This document shows, one piece after another, positions 1 through 10,342 of a stretch of 64,000 nt of DNA; position 1 is the stretch's first letter, and each line of letters opens with the position of its first letter. The notes under the pieces were generated by a model. The model made no database searches. It worked only from the letters and a program-made list of their open reading frames with translations, and was not told the origin of the DNA. Origin of the DNA: an uncultured Kiloniellales bacterium (GTDB lineage: Bacteria > Pseudomonadota > Alphaproteobacteria > Kiloniellales > JAKSDN01); the NCBI GenBank assembly GCA_947258885.1, contig CAMYKD010000022.1:9324-73323 (forward strand), written 5' to 3'. A program made the translations under genes and the position numbers.

Positions 1-1538
1 CCCCAGTAGAGGATGAACAGGTGCACGGCCATGGGCGAGAGGCCGCCCTGGATCAGCGCCGGGGCCAGGATGATGGCCAGGAAGATGTAGGCCGCGGTCA
101 CGGTCATGCCGATGCCCATGATGAAGCTGGTCACCGCGCCCATGAGCAGCAGCACCAGAACCGAGCCGCCGGCCAGGAACACCAGGTCGTTGACCAGGGT
201 GCCGGCCATGCCGGTCATGGAAAGGGCGCCGACGATTAGCCCGACCGCCGCGAGTATGGCCGTGAGTTCGGTCAGCAGCTTGCCCGTCGCAACCACGAAA
301 TCGAGGAGCTGCTGTCGACCCCAGCGGTTGTGCGGAAAGATCTGGTTGAGCGCGATCAGGATCGCCGTGGCATAGAACGGCGCGAGCGCCTCGCGGCGCA
401 GATAGACCAGCATGAAGACCAGCAGGGTGAAGGCCAGGACGAAGTACCAGCCCTCCCGGAGCGTGGGGCCGAGCGCGGGCAGCTCCTCGCGCGGCAGGCC
501 TTCGAGGTCCAGCCGGGCGGCGGCGGCGTCGATCTGGACGAACAGGCCGAAGAAGTAGAGCGCCGAGGGGATGACCGCCGCCACCGCGATATCGACGTAG
601 GGCACCTCGATGATGGTCGCCATGATGAAGGCGGTGGCGCCCATGACCGGCGGCATCAGCACGCCTCCCGTGGACGCGCAGGCCTCGACGCCGCCGGCAT
701 AGGCCGGCCGGAAGCCGGTGCGCCGCATGGCGGGAATCGTCATGACGCCCGTGGTCAGCACGTTGGTGATCACGCTGCCGCTCATCGAACCCATGAGGCC
801 GCTCGCGAAGATCGAGACCTTGGCGGCGCCGCCGCGCACGCCGCCCAGGAGCGCAAAGGCGAGGTTAAGGAAGAACTTGCCGCCGCCGCTGTGCTGCAGG
901 GCGACGCCGAAGATCAGGAAGCCGATCACGAGCTCGGCGAAGGCGCGCATGGGAATGCCGAGGATGCTCTCGATGCTCATGGTGTGGTAGGCGGCCGTCT
1001 CGCCCAGGGTGCTGGCGAGGCCGGCGATCGGCCCCGGCATCCGGTCGGCGAGGATCGGGTAGAGCGAGAGCACCAGGACGATCGTGAAGATCGCGATCCC
1101 GCCGGCGCGCCGCACCGCCTCGAGGACCAGCAGCCAAAGCAGGTAGCTCACATAGATCGCCTGGTCGGGGGCGACGAACTCCCAGCCCTGGTCGACGATG
1201 TTGACCGCGTTCAGGAAGAAGAACAGGCAGACGGCGAGGCCGACGGCGAACAGCGCGGCGTCGTACCAGGGGACGCCGTCGCGACGGGCGCGCTTGCCGG
1301 CCGGGAAGAAGACGAAGGTGAGCGGCAGCAGCAGGCCGAGGATGGCGTAGAGATAGTGGTTGGTAAGCAGGATGACGCCGCCGAGCCATTGCCGGCCGAA
1401 GATCACCCGCACCTGGTCGACGGCCAGGACCACCGTCAGCACGGTGAAGGCGACCGCGACCGCGGTCCAGAAGAAAGTGAGCCGGCGGTGGCGTCGATCC
1501 GCCACCGCCGGCTGGTCGGCCGACTGGCCTAGCGCCAT
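1..1538 (-). CDS. TRAP transporter fused permease (TAXI-associated), 3' end runs off the window
   Basis: Not in the ORF track because there is no stop inside the window. My reverse-strand translation is an uninterrupted hydrophobic frame, from MALGQSADQPAVADRRHRRLTFFWTAVAVAF to PMAVHLFILYWG at base 1. ATG at 1538-1536 overlaps the receptor stop. The 400-aa plus-strand ORF at 330..1532 is its antisense shadow. Confidence 0.85.
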   Translation of the reverse strand, partial: MALGQSADQPAVADRRHRRLTFFWTAVAVAFTVLTVVLAVDQVRVIFGRQWLGGVILLTNHYLYAILGLLLPLTFVFFPAGKRARRDGVPWYDAALFAVGLAVCLFFFLNAVNIVDQGWEFVAPDQAIYVSYLLWLLVLEAVRRAGGIAIFTIVLVLSLYPILADRMPGPIAGLASTLGETAAYHTMSIESILGIPMRAFAELVIGFLIFGVALQHSGGGKFFLNLAFALLGGVRGGAAKVSIFASGLMGSMSGSVITNVLTTGVMTIPAMRRTGFRPAYAGGVEACASTGGVLMPPVMGATAFIMATIIEVPYVDIAVAAVIPSALYFFGLFVQIDAAAARLDLEGLPREELPALGPTLREGWYFVLAFTLLVFMLVYLRREALAPFYATAILIALNQIFPHNRWGRQQLLDFVVATGKLLTELTAILAAVGLIVGALSMTGMAGTLVNDLVFLAGGSVLVLLLMGAVTSFIMGIGMTVTAAYIFLAIILAPALIQGGLSPMAVHLFILYW

Positions 1539-2680
1539 ATCGGGTCGAAGCCCGCCTTATCCAGGGTAGCGGCGCGAAGCTCCATCCACTTCGCCTTGAA
1601 GGCCTCGGCCTCGAGACCCTTGTCCATGCCGGCCCAGGCCTCGGCCAGCACCTGCTGGCGCACGATCAGCTTGTCGTTGTGCGCCTGGGCCGCGTCATCC
1701 CACTTGCCGATCTCCTTGAAGTAGGCGATCGCCCCGTCGTGATAGGGCACGACCCACTTGAAGATCTGCTTGCCGAGCGCCCAGCCCTTGGCGGCCGGCT
1801 CGGCCGCACTGTAGCTGTCGTACTCCTCGACCAGTGCGCGGGCCAGGGAATAGACCTCGCCCGCGTCCTGGCCGTCCAGCGTCATCAGGATCGGATAGGG
1901 GTAGCGCGCCCCCTCGTGGGGGTTGTCCTTGGACAGGCCGGTGCCGCGCGTACCGGTGTTGGGCACGAAGTAGGGCGCGGTCTTCTTGATGCCGTCCCAG
2001 CACTTCGCATCCGCGTGCGGGGTCGGCGGCCAGAAGATGCCGCGCGGGCTGGCCTCGAGCTTCTTGGTGAAGCCCGACATGGTCGAGGCGAAGGCCGCGT
2101 CCACTTGGTCGTTGACGGTGCCGTCCCAGGACGCGCCGAAACCCGGGAACTCGACCTTCTCCACGTCGTCCCAGGTCAGCCCGCCGCAGGCCAGCATAGC
2201 TTCGGCGCCGACGTTGAGCGCGTCGCCGCCGCGCACCCAGGCGACCCGCTTGCCCTTCAGGTCGGCGAAGGTCTTGATGCCGGCGTCCGCGGCGACCCCG
2301 ACGCCGAGGTTGCTGGAGCCGCTGGCGCTCATGACCATTCGGATGGCCATGGGCCCCCAGTTCGGGTCGGCGAACTGGAACACGCCCTCGGAGGCGAAGA
2401 AGGTCGCGATTCCGTTGGCCGAATAGTCGACCTTGCCGGCCTTGACGGGAGTGAGCCGCGAGATGTCGTTCTTGCCGGGCACCACGCGCAGGGTGACCCC
2501 GTACTTGTCCTTCAGCGCCTTGCCGATGGCGACCGATTGGTTGTAGCCGGTCGTGCCCGTGTTGTAGGCGGTCCAGGCCATCGTCTTGGGCAGCTTGACC
2601 TCGCCGGCGAACGCGGCCCCGGTCAGGCCGCTGGCCGCGATCAGGGCCGCGCCGGCAAGGTGAGTCGCCTTGAACTTCAT
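1529..2680 (-). CDS. TAXI-family TRAP transporter solute-binding receptor
   Basis: 383-aa ORF with a signal peptide (MKFKATHLAGAALIAASGLTGAAFA) and typical TAXI sequence (YNTGTTGYNQSVAIGKAL, RVAWVRGGDALN). Sits directly upstream of the fused permease. Confidence 0.9.
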   Translation of the reverse strand: MKFKATHLAGAALIAASGLTGAAFAGEVKLPKTMAWTAYNTGTTGYNQSVAIGKALKDKYGVTLRVVPGKNDISRLTPVKAGKVDYSANGIATFFASEGVFQFADPNWGPMAIRMVMSASGSSNLGVGVAADAGIKTFADLKGKRVAWVRGGDALNVGAEAMLACGGLTWDDVEKVEFPGFGASWDGTVNDQVDAAFASTMSGFTKKLEASPRGIFWPPTPHADAKCWDGIKKTAPYFVPNTGTRGTGLSKDNPHEGARYPYPILMTLDGQDAGEVYSLARALVEEYDSYSAAEPAAKGWALGKQIFKWVVPYHDGAIAYFKEIGKWDDAAQAHNDKLIVRQQVLAEAWAGMDKGLEAEAFKAKWMELRAATLDKAGFDPIWR

Positions 2681-2747
2681 GATTGTCTCCTCCGTTCCTG
2701 TCCCTGTCTTCGTTTTCGGCCCCGCCGGGCGGCGCGAGCCGTTGTTC

Positions 2748-2771
2748 TGTATTGCGCGAATCTTGCATACA
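2748..2771. promoter_or_regulatory. Imperfect palindrome TGTATTGC-N8-GCATACA in a divergent promoter region
   Basis: Read directly from the 152-nt gap between the divergent TRAP receptor gene and the acyl-CoA synthetase gene. No regulator can be assigned. Confidence 0.2.
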
Positions 2772-2832
2772 ATCCGACACGTGGTAAAGCAGATGATCCA
2801 ATCGCCCCGTTTCGCATCAGGTAGGCGCTATC

Positions 2833-4980
2833 GTGTCCGATCCCGCTAGACCGAGACCACACGGTGCCAGAGCTCCCGATCTGCGTCCGCTGCTCGATCC
2901 CGGCGCCATCGCGATTCTCGGCGCCTCGGACGATCCGACCCGGATCGGTGGGCGGCCGCTGCGCTACATGCTGGAGGCCGGGTTTGCGCGGCCGATCTAC
3001 CCGGTCAATCCAAACCGCGACAAGGTCCAGGGCCTGAAAGCCTATCGGACGATTGCCGATGTGCCGGGCCCCGTCGACTGCGCACTGGTCGCCTTGCCGG
3101 CCGAGATCGTCGTCGAGGCCGTGGAGGCCTGCGCGGCCTATGGCGTCAAGTCGGCAGTGATCTTCAGCTCCGGCTTCACGGAAACGGGAGCCGAAGGCGC
3201 GGCCCGCCAGGCACGGCTCGCCGAGATTGCCCGGCGCACGGGGATTCGGATCGTGGGGCCGAATTGTCTTGGCATCTTCAACGCGGCGATCGGCTTCTAC
3301 GCGACCTTCTCTAGCAGCCTGGACGCCGGCCGCCCGCCGTCGGGGCACATCGCCATCGTCAGCCAGAGCGGCGCCTACGGCAGCCACGTCTTCGCCCTGG
3401 CCAGGGCGAAGCGGCTGGGCGTCCGCTACTGGATCACCACGGGCAACGAGTGCGACGTCGAGATCGCCGAGGGCATCGCCTGGGCGGCGCTGGCGGAGGA
3501 CGTCGACGTGATCGTGGCCTATGCCGAGGGGGTGCGCGACGGCGCCGGCCTGCGGCATAGCCTCGATCTGGCGCGCGCGGCCGGCAAGCCGGTGATCTTC
3601 ATGAAGGTCGGCCGCAGCGAGATCGGCGCGGCGGCCGCGGCCTCGCACACCGCCGCCCTGGCGGGCTCGGATGCGATCTACGATGCGGTCTTCCGACAGC
3701 ACGGCGCATACAGGGCGGACAGCACGGAGGCGATGCTCGATGCTGCCTACGCCTGCACTGCCGGCGTCTTTCCGAAGGGCCGGCGGATCGGGCTGGTCAC
3801 GATCTCCGGCGGCGTCGGGGTGCAGATGGCCGATGCGGCCAGCGACCTCGGCCTCGACGTGGCCGCCATGCCCGAGGCGGCGCAGGCCAGGTTGAAAGAG
3901 ATGCTGCCCTATGCGGCGCCGCGCAATCCCGTCGACATCACGGCGCAGGCCTTCAACGACCTCACGCTGGTCTCCAGGAACCTCGAGCTGATGTTGGAGG
4001 AGGGGGGCTACGACGTGATCGTCGCCTTCTTCACCATGGTGGCCGCCTCACCCTACATCGTCGACGACCTGCTCGCCGCGCTCGGCGACTTGCGGCGGCG
4101 CTATCCGGAGCGCCTCATCGTCCTATCGCTCGTCGCGCCGCCGGAGATCGTCCAACGCTACGAGGACGCCGGCTTCCTGGTCTTCGAGGATCCCGGCCGG
4201 GCGATTAAGGCGGTGGCGGCGCTGGCCGGCTTCGGCCGAAGCTTTGCACGCGGGCCGGCGGATCCGCCGCCCGCCGTCGCCGCGAACGCGACCGACATTC
4301 CCCACGAGCGTCTCAGCGAGCACGAGTCGAAAGCCGTGCTGGCCGCCGCCGGCCTGCCGGTCGTCGAAGAACGCCTGGTCAGCTCCGCCGAGGCCGCGGC
4401 CGAGGCGGCCCGGGAGATCGGGCCTCCCGTGGCGATGAAGCTCAACTCGCGCGACATCGGCCACAAGACCGAGATCGGCGGCGTGCTTTTGAACGTCGCC
4501 TCGCCCGAGGCGGCCCGGGAGGGCTACGAAACCCTGCTCGCCCGCGTGGCCGAGGCGGCGCCCGGGGCCCTTGTGGAGGGTGTTCTGGTGGCGCCGATGG
4601 TGCGGGACGGCGTGGAGACTATCCTCGGCGTGCAGCACGACCCGGTCTTCGGTCCCGCCGTGATGTTCGGCCTCGGCGGCATCTTCGCCGAGGCGCTCGG
4701 CGACGTCGTGTTCCGCATCGCGCCCTTCGGCGAGGACGAGGCCGGGCAAATGATCCGCGAGATCGCGGGCTACCGGGTTCTCGAGGGCCTGCGCGGCCGG
4801 CCGCGCGCAGACCAGGAGGCCCTGGCCAAGGCGCTCGCCGCGCTCTCCGGCTTCGCGGCGGCGGCTGCGGAGAGGATCGAGAGCGTCGACCTCAATCCCT
4901 TCCTGGTGCGGCCGGAGGGCGAGGGGGCGGTCGCGGTGGATGCCCTGATCGTTCCGCGCAGGAAGGAGCCCTCGCCATGA
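2833..4980 (+). CDS. ADP-forming (NDP-forming) acyl-CoA synthetase, fused alpha/beta
   Basis: 715 aa. N-terminal CoA-binding and succinyl-CoA-synthetase-like part (IAILGASDDPTRIGG, SQSGAYG, AASHTAALAG). C-terminal ATP-grasp part (VAMKLNSRDIGHKTEIGGV). GTG start. Confidence 0.85.
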   Translation: MSDPARPRPHGARAPDLRPLLDPGAIAILGASDDPTRIGGRPLRYMLEAGFARPIYPVNPNRDKVQGLKAYRTIADVPGPVDCALVALPAEIVVEAVEACAAYGVKSAVIFSSGFTETGAEGAARQARLAEIARRTGIRIVGPNCLGIFNAAIGFYATFSSSLDAGRPPSGHIAIVSQSGAYGSHVFALARAKRLGVRYWITTGNECDVEIAEGIAWAALAEDVDVIVAYAEGVRDGAGLRHSLDLARAAGKPVIFMKVGRSEIGAAAAASHTAALAGSDAIYDAVFRQHGAYRADSTEAMLDAAYACTAGVFPKGRRIGLVTISGGVGVQMADAASDLGLDVAAMPEAAQARLKEMLPYAAPRNPVDITAQAFNDLTLVSRNLELMLEEGGYDVIVAFFTMVAASPYIVDDLLAALGDLRRRYPERLIVLSLVAPPEIVQRYEDAGFLVFEDPGRAIKAVAALAGFGRSFARGPADPPPAVAANATDIPHERLSEHESKAVLAAAGLPVVEERLVSSAEAAAEAAREIGPPVAMKLNSRDIGHKTEIGGVLLNVASPEAAREGYETLLARVAEAAPGALVEGVLVAPMVRDGVETILGVQHDPVFGPAVMFGLGGIFAEALGDVVFRIAPFGEDEAGQMIREIAGYRVLEGLRGRPRADQEALAKALAALSGFAAAAAERIESVDLNPFLVRPEGEGAVAVDALIVPRRKEPSP

Positions 4981-5990
4981 CGCCGGCCCTCTACAGAACC
5001 AGGCTCACCGAGCTGTTCGGTATCCGCCATCCGATCCTCTGCGGCGGGTTGATGTGGCTCTCCGACGCCGCCTATGTCGCCGCGGCCGTCAACGCCGGGG
5101 CGCTCGGATTCATGACGGCGCGCACCTTTCCCGATCCCCGCGATTTCCGCGACGAGCTGCGCCGCTGCCGCGAGCTGACGGAGGGCCGGCCATTCGGCGT
5201 CAACCTCTACCTCTCGCAGCAGCCGGGGGCGAACGACATGCTGGCCGGCCACATCGAGATCCTGCTCGAGGAGGGCGTTCGCTTCATCGAGACCGCGGGC
5301 CTGCCGCCGAAGGACCTGCTGCCCCGGCTCAAGGATGCCGGCTGCACGGTCGTTCACAAGGTCTCCGCGCTCCGCCACGCGCTGTCGGCGCAGAAGCTGG
5401 GCGTGGATGCGCTCAGCGTGGTCGGGATGGAGTGCGGCGGCCACCCGGGAGTCTATCTGATCGGCACCATGGTGCAGGGCCTCCTGGCGGCGCAGCAACT
5501 GACCCTGCCGGTCGCGATCGGCGGCGGCATCGGACACGGCGCGCAGCTGGCCGCCGCGTTGGCCTTCGGAGCGGACGGCGTCGTAATGGGCACGCGCATG
5601 ACCGTGGCCAAGGAGATCTGGGCGCACCCGGCCTACAAGGAGCGGGTCGTGGCGGCCGGCGAGACCGAAACGCAGCTCGTGCTGCAGTCTCTGCGCAACA
5701 CCTACCGCGCCCTCGACAACGAGACCGCGCGGACCGTCGCCGCCCTGGAGGCCGAAGGCGTCACCGATCACGCGCGCTACAGTCCCCACGTCGCCGGCGT
5801 CCTGCAGAAGCAGGCCTATACGAGCGGCGACTGGAACAAGGGGCTGCTCTCGCTGGGCCAGGCCGCCGCCTTCGCCACGGCGCTGGAGCCGGTCGAGGCG
5901 ATCGTCGACCGGCTGATGGCCGAGGCGCGGGCCGCGCAAGCGAGCCTCAACGCCAAGTCGGCGACCTCCGGCACGGCGGCCGCGGAGTAG
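4977..5990 (+). CDS. Nitronate monooxygenase / 2-nitropropane dioxygenase-family FMN oxidoreductase
   Basis: 337 aa (FGIRHPILCGGMW-type N-terminus, GFMTA, ECGGH). ATGA overlap with the upstream stop. Confidence 0.85.
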   Translation: MTPALYRTRLTELFGIRHPILCGGLMWLSDAAYVAAAVNAGALGFMTARTFPDPRDFRDELRRCRELTEGRPFGVNLYLSQQPGANDMLAGHIEILLEEGVRFIETAGLPPKDLLPRLKDAGCTVVHKVSALRHALSAQKLGVDALSVVGMECGGHPGVYLIGTMVQGLLAAQQLTLPVAIGGGIGHGAQLAAALAFGADGVVMGTRMTVAKEIWAHPAYKERVVAAGETETQLVLQSLRNTYRALDNETARTVAALEAEGVTDHARYSPHVAGVLQKQAYTSGDWNKGLLSLGQAAAFATALEPVEAIVDRLMAEARAAQASLNAKSATSGTAAAE

Positions 5991-6130
5991 CGCGACAAGC
6001 CGTTCGGCCAGGAAAAGGCAATCTGTTGCCGCGGGGCGGCAAGCCCGCCTAAACTCGCGGTCTCGTTCGTGGAATCCTGGATCGACAAGGGAAATGGGCG
6101 ACAGGGAGCGCGCAGTCCGGGGGTCTTCCC

Positions 6131-7585
6131 ATGCCGGCTGACCAATCGATCGGGGCGCAGGTCCTCGTTTCGCCCTGGCCCGAGCGTGTCGTCGCGGCGG
6201 CGCTCGGCGTCGTCGCCCTGGGGACCCTCGGGCGGGTGATCCTGGGTCTGCCGGGTGCCGGCGCGCTGGCGGTCGGCGGCTACCTTTGCTTCGTGCTGGC
6301 CGGCATCGCCGGGCACGTCTGGCGCATCAAGATCCTGTTCACGGTGGCCATTGTCCTGACAGGCGCCGTCGCTGTGTCCGTGGACGAGCCCTTCGCAGTG
6401 CTTCGAACGGGCTTCGACATGGCCGCCTATTTGGCGTCGTTCCTGCTGCTGCTCGGCGTGCTGCGCGAGGCGGCGCAGAGCTCGTCGGCGGTTCGCGACT
6501 GTGGCGAGTACCTCACCGGGCAGCGGCCGGGCCGGCGCTATCTGGCGCTCCATACCGGCGGCCACCTCTTGGGGCTGATGCTGAACTTCGGGGTGCTGAG
6601 CCTCCTGGGCCCGCTGATCAAGCGGGGCGTGGCCGCGGCCACGGCGCGGAGCGGCGAGACCCACTTGGCCGAGGTGCGCGAGCGCCGACAGCTCTCGGCC
6701 CTGCTGCGCGGCTTCGCCTGGATCATCGCCTGGTCGCCGACGACCATTACCCAGGCCCTGCTGCTCGCGCTGCTGCCGGGTGTCGAGGCGCAACGGCTCT
6801 TGCTGCTCGGCCTGGCCATGGCGGTGACGGTGCTGCTGGTCGGCTGGCTCGAGGACCGCCTGCGCTGGCGCCATCTGCGCCGGGCAAGCGACCGGGCCGA
6901 GCAGGCGGCGCCGGCTCTGCCCACCCCGCAGCCGGCGCTCCGGCGCATGGCATTGATCTGCGTGCTGCTGATCGCCGCAGTGGTTCTGACGAAACAGGCG
7001 CTGGAGATCCCGACGGTACCGGCCTTGATGCTGAGCGTGCCGTGTTTCGCGCTCGCCTGGATCGTGCTGCAGCGCATCTCCGAAGGCTTCGGCCCGGCGC
7101 TCGGCCACGGCCTCGAGCGCGGCCGGCGGATCGTCCGCCACGGCTTTCCCGCGTCCTCGCCCGAGGTGCTGACCTTGAGCAGTGCCGGCTTCATAGGGTC
7201 GCTGGCCGCAGCCCTGATCCCGGTGGACCAGATCGCGGCCTTGGCGGCCTGGGCGGCGCAGACGCCGCTTTTGCTGTTGGCTGGCATCACCGCGCTCGTC
7301 GTCCTGGCCGCGCAGCTGGCGCTCAGCCCGATCATGTTCGTCGTCTTCCTGGGCTCGGCGCTGGCCCAGGCGCCCTTGCCGGGGGTCGACCAGACGGCGA
7401 TCGCCCTTGCGCTGGGGGCGGGCTGGGCCCTGGCGCTGACCGGCTCGCCCTTCACGGCCTCGGTGCTGATCCTCTCGCGGGTCACCGGCGTCACGGGAAC
7501 CCGCGTGAGCTGGACATGGAACGGCGCATTCACGATGCTGGCCGCGGGCGTGGTCGTGCTGTTCCTTGCGGCCGTAAGCAATTGA
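6131..7585 (+). CDS. Polytopic integral membrane protein, unknown function (possible transporter)
   Basis: 484-aa ORF dominated by hydrophobic segments throughout. No family recognised by eye. Competing ORFs on both strands look like GC-shadow frames. Confidence 0.6.
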   Translation: MPADQSIGAQVLVSPWPERVVAAALGVVALGTLGRVILGLPGAGALAVGGYLCFVLAGIAGHVWRIKILFTVAIVLTGAVAVSVDEPFAVLRTGFDMAAYLASFLLLLGVLREAAQSSSAVRDCGEYLTGQRPGRRYLALHTGGHLLGLMLNFGVLSLLGPLIKRGVAAATARSGETHLAEVRERRQLSALLRGFAWIIAWSPTTITQALLLALLPGVEAQRLLLLGLAMAVTVLLVGWLEDRLRWRHLRRASDRAEQAAPALPTPQPALRRMALICVLLIAAVVLTKQALEIPTVPALMLSVPCFALAWIVLQRISEGFGPALGHGLERGRRIVRHGFPASSPEVLTLSSAGFIGSLAAALIPVDQIAALAAWAAQTPLLLLAGITALVVLAAQLALSPIMFVVFLGSALAQAPLPGVDQTAIALALGAGWALALTGSPFTASVLILSRVTGVTGTRVSWTWNGAFTMLAAGVVVLFLAAVSN

Positions 7586-7601
7586 GTTCGAGAGGACAGT
7601 C

Positions 7602-8756
7602 GTGAGCTTGGACCAGGAGACCTTCGATCAACTGCTTGCCACGATCCGGCGCTTCGTCGAGGAGCGTCTCGTGCCGCACGAGGCCGAGGTCGGCGAAAGC
7701 GACCGCATCCCCGACGGCCTGATCCGGGAGATGCGCGAGCTTGGCCTGTTCGGCCTGTCGATCCCCGAGGACTACGGCGGCATCGGGCTCGACGTCGAGG
7801 AGGAGGTTCGCGTCACGATCGAGCTGGGCCACACCTCGCCCGCCTTCCGCTCCGCCTTCGGGACGAACATCGGCATCGGCAGCCAGGGCATCGTGATCGA
7901 CGGCACGGAAGAGCAGAAACGCCGCTATCTGCCCAAGCTGGCGAGCGGGGAGATGGTCGGCTCGTTCTGCCTGACCGAGCCGGATGCCGGCTCCGATGCA
8001 GCGGCGCTGCGGACTTCGGCACGGCGCCACGGCGACGCGTATGTCCTGAACGGCACCAAGCGCTACATCACCAACGCGCCCTCCGCCCATCTCTTCACCG
8101 TGATGGCCCGAACCGACCCGGAGAAGACGGGCGCCGGCGGGATCACGGCCTTTCTGGTCGAGGCCGACACTCCGGGCGTCAAGTTGGGCAAGCCGGATGT
8201 CAAGATGGGCCAAAAGGGCGCGCATATCTCGGACGTGATCTTCGAAGACTGCCGGGTGCCGGCCGAGGCGATCGTCGGCGGCCGCGAGGGCCAGGGTTTC
8301 AAAACCGCGATGAAGGTGCTCGACCGCGGGCGCCTGACCATATCCGGGGTCTGCATCGGCATCGCCGAGCGGCTGATCCGCGATTCCCTGCGCTACGCGA
8401 GCGAGCGCAAACAGTTCGGCAAGCCGATCGGGGAGTTCCAGCTGGTCCAGGCCATGCTGGCCGACAGCGACACGGAATGCTACGCCGCCAAGTCGATGGT
8501 ACTGGACGCCGCACGGCGCAAGGACGCGGGCGAGACCATCACCAAGCAGGCGGCGATGTGCAAGTACTACAGCTCGGAGATGGTCGGCCGGGTCGCAGAC
8601 CGCGCGGTGCAGATCCACGGCGGGGCGGGCTATCTGGCGGAATACGGCATCGAGCGCTTCTACCGCGACGTCCGCCTGTTCCGCATCTACGAGGGCACCT
8701 CGCAGATCCAGCAGCTGGTGATTGCGCGCAACATGCTGAAGGAGATCCAGGGGTGA
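7602..8756 (+). CDS. Acyl-CoA dehydrogenase
   Basis: 384 aa with canonical ACAD sequence (FCLTEPDAGSDAAAL, ITNAP, YEGTSQIQQLVIAR). GTG start preceded by GAGAGGA. Confidence 0.9.
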   Translation: MSLDQETFDQLLATIRRFVEERLVPHEAEVGESDRIPDGLIREMRELGLFGLSIPEDYGGIGLDVEEEVRVTIELGHTSPAFRSAFGTNIGIGSQGIVIDGTEEQKRRYLPKLASGEMVGSFCLTEPDAGSDAAALRTSARRHGDAYVLNGTKRYITNAPSAHLFTVMARTDPEKTGAGGITAFLVEADTPGVKLGKPDVKMGQKGAHISDVIFEDCRVPAEAIVGGREGQGFKTAMKVLDRGRLTISGVCIGIAERLIRDSLRYASERKQFGKPIGEFQLVQAMLADSDTECYAAKSMVLDAARRKDAGETITKQAAMCKYYSSEMVGRVADRAVQIHGGAGYLAEYGIERFYRDVRLFRIYEGTSQIQQLVIARNMLKEIQG

Positions 8757-10342
8757 GCTGGGCGCAACCGGAATCACAGGGTACGGCGCCCGAATTGCCG
8801 CACGGAGGTTTCGACCGGATCGACGGGCCCGTCGCCTTCTGGGCACGCCACAGACCGGGTGCGCCGGCCGTCCGCGAAGGCGGCCGGGTGCGGAGCTACG
8901 CCGAGTTCGCGTCGGACATCGAGCGCGCCGCGGCCTTCCTGGCCGAGCACGGCGTCCGGCCCGGCGACCGGGTTCTGATGGTCCAGGAGAACGGTCTCGC
9001 GGCGGTCACGTTCCTCTTGGCCGCGTCCCGGATCGGCGCCTGGGCAGTTCCGCTCAATGCCCGGTTGGCTTGGCCGGAGATCGAGGCGATCCGCGGTCAT
9101 GCCCGCCCGCGCATCACCGTCTACACCCTCGGCGTCTCGCCGGATGCCGAGGCGCATGCCGCGCGCGACGGCGCCGCCGGACCCGGCCTGGAGGCCCTGG
9201 GCGTGGCCTACTCGCTGGCGGAGGGCGACGTCGAACCGGAGGCCCTGTCCGGTCCGGCGAGAGACCGTGTCGCGGCGCTGCTCTACACCTCGGGCACCAC
9301 GGGCGCGCCCAAGGGCGTCATGCTGTCCCACGGCAACATCCTGTTCATCGCCGAGCGGACCTGCCGGATCCGCAGGCTCGGCCCGGAGGACCTGATCTAC
9401 TGCGTGCTGCCGACCAGCCATATCTTCGGCCTGGCGGCCGTGTTCATGGGCAGCCTGCACGACGGGGTGCTGATCGACCTGGTCCCGCGCTTCACGCCGG
9501 AAGAGACGGCCCGGGCTCTGGCCGAGGACGGCGTCACCGTGTTCAGCGGCGTGCCGGCAATCTATGCCCACCTGGTTGCGCTCGCCGCCCAGCGCGGCGC
9601 GCCGCTCGCCGCGCCCCGCCTGCGCTACATCTCGGTCGGCGGCGCCCCGCTGGACCTCGCCTTGAAGCGGGAGGTCGAGGCCATGTTCGGCATCCCGCTC
9701 TACAACGGCTACGGGCTGACCGAGACCTCGCCCACCGTCTCGACCACGGCCATCGACGACCCGCGCGACGACGACAGCGCCGGCACGCTGCTGGCCGACG
9801 TTGACGTGAGCATCGTGGACCGGAACGGCGCGGCTCTGCCGGCGGGAGAGGTCGGCGAGCTCTGGGTGCGCGGCGGCCTGGTCATGAAAGGCTACTACCG
9901 CGATCCCGCGCGCACCGCCGAGGTGCTGACGCCCGAGGGCTGGCTCAAGACCGGCGATCTGGCCCGCCTTTCGGAGGACGGCAACCTCTACATCGTGGGC
10001 CGCCTCAAGGAGCTCATCATCCGCTCCGGCTTCAACGTCTACCCGGCGGAGGTCGAAGGGGCGATCGCCGGCCATCCCGACGTCGCCCTGGTCGCGGTGG
10101 TCGGCCGGGCGAGGGACGGCAACGAGGATGTCGTGGCCTTCGTTCAGCCGCGGCCGGGCGCGGCGCCCGACCCCGAGGCGCTCGCCGCCTTCGCCGCCGC
10201 GCGCCTGGCGCCCTACAAGCGGCCTTCCGCCTTCCTGATCCGCAATACCCTGCCGGTCACCGCGGCCGGCAAGATCCTGAAGCACGAGCTGAAACGGGAG
10301 CTGGAGGCCGCCGGCCCTCTGGAGCCCGGAGGGAGAACCTGA
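8753..10342 (+). CDS. AMP-dependent acyl-CoA synthetase/ligase
   Basis: AMP-binding motifs YTSGTTGAPKGV, GYGLTE and TGDLA. The track ORF starts at 8477 inside the ACAD gene. I place the start at the in-frame GTG at 8753 (GTGA overlap with the ACAD stop). Confidence 0.85.
   Translation: MSWAQPESQGTAPELPHGGFDRIDGPVAFWARHRPGAPAVREGGRVRSYAEFASDIERAAAFLAEHGVRPGDRVLMVQENGLAAVTFLLAASRIGAWAVPLNARLAWPEIEAIRGHARPRITVYTLGVSPDAEAHAARDGAAGPGLEALGVAYSLAEGDVEPEALSGPARDRVAALLYTSGTTGAPKGVMLSHGNILFIAERTCRIRRLGPEDLIYCVLPTSHIFGLAAVFMGSLHDGVLIDLVPRFTPEETARALAEDGVTVFSGVPAIYAHLVALAAQRGAPLAAPRLRYISVGGAPLDLALKREVEAMFGIPLYNGYGLTETSPTVSTTAIDDPRDDDSAGTLLADVDVSIVDRNGAALPAGEVGELWVRGGLVMKGYYRDPARTAEVLTPEGWLKTGDLARLSEDGNLYIVGRLKELIIRSGFNVYPAEVEGAIAGHPDVALVAVVGRARDGNEDVVAFVQPRPGAAPDPEALAAFAAARLAPYKRPSAFLIRNTLPVTAAGKILKHELKRELEAAGPLEPGGRT

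Noticed and set aside
330-1532. 400-aa plus-strand ORF, plus other ORFs of several hundred aa: 1679..2824 +, 5816..7141 -, 7530..8846 -, 10213..12186 -, 14061..16175 -, 16049..17545 -, 17761..19440 -, 19808..21934 -, 24170..25138 -, 28989..30065 -, 37278..39053 -, 44464..45774 -, 49695..50795 +, 61984..63243 +.
   Set aside because: They are rich in Arg, Gly, Ala and Pro, or are charged low-complexity translations typical of antisense or off-frame shadows in GC-rich DNA. Each fully overlaps a gene with clear family signatures on the other strand or in another frame.
8477-8752. Upstream extensions of track ORFs. These are 8477.., 12298.., 13947.., 15236.., 26658.., 30089.., 41522.. on the plus strand. 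On the minus strand they are ..36065, ..36514, ..37398, ..49926, ..57067.
   Set aside because: The extensions overlap the preceding gene out of frame and translate to junk. In each case an in-frame ATG or GTG at a stop/start overlap, or behind an SD, gives a product that begins where the protein family normally begins.
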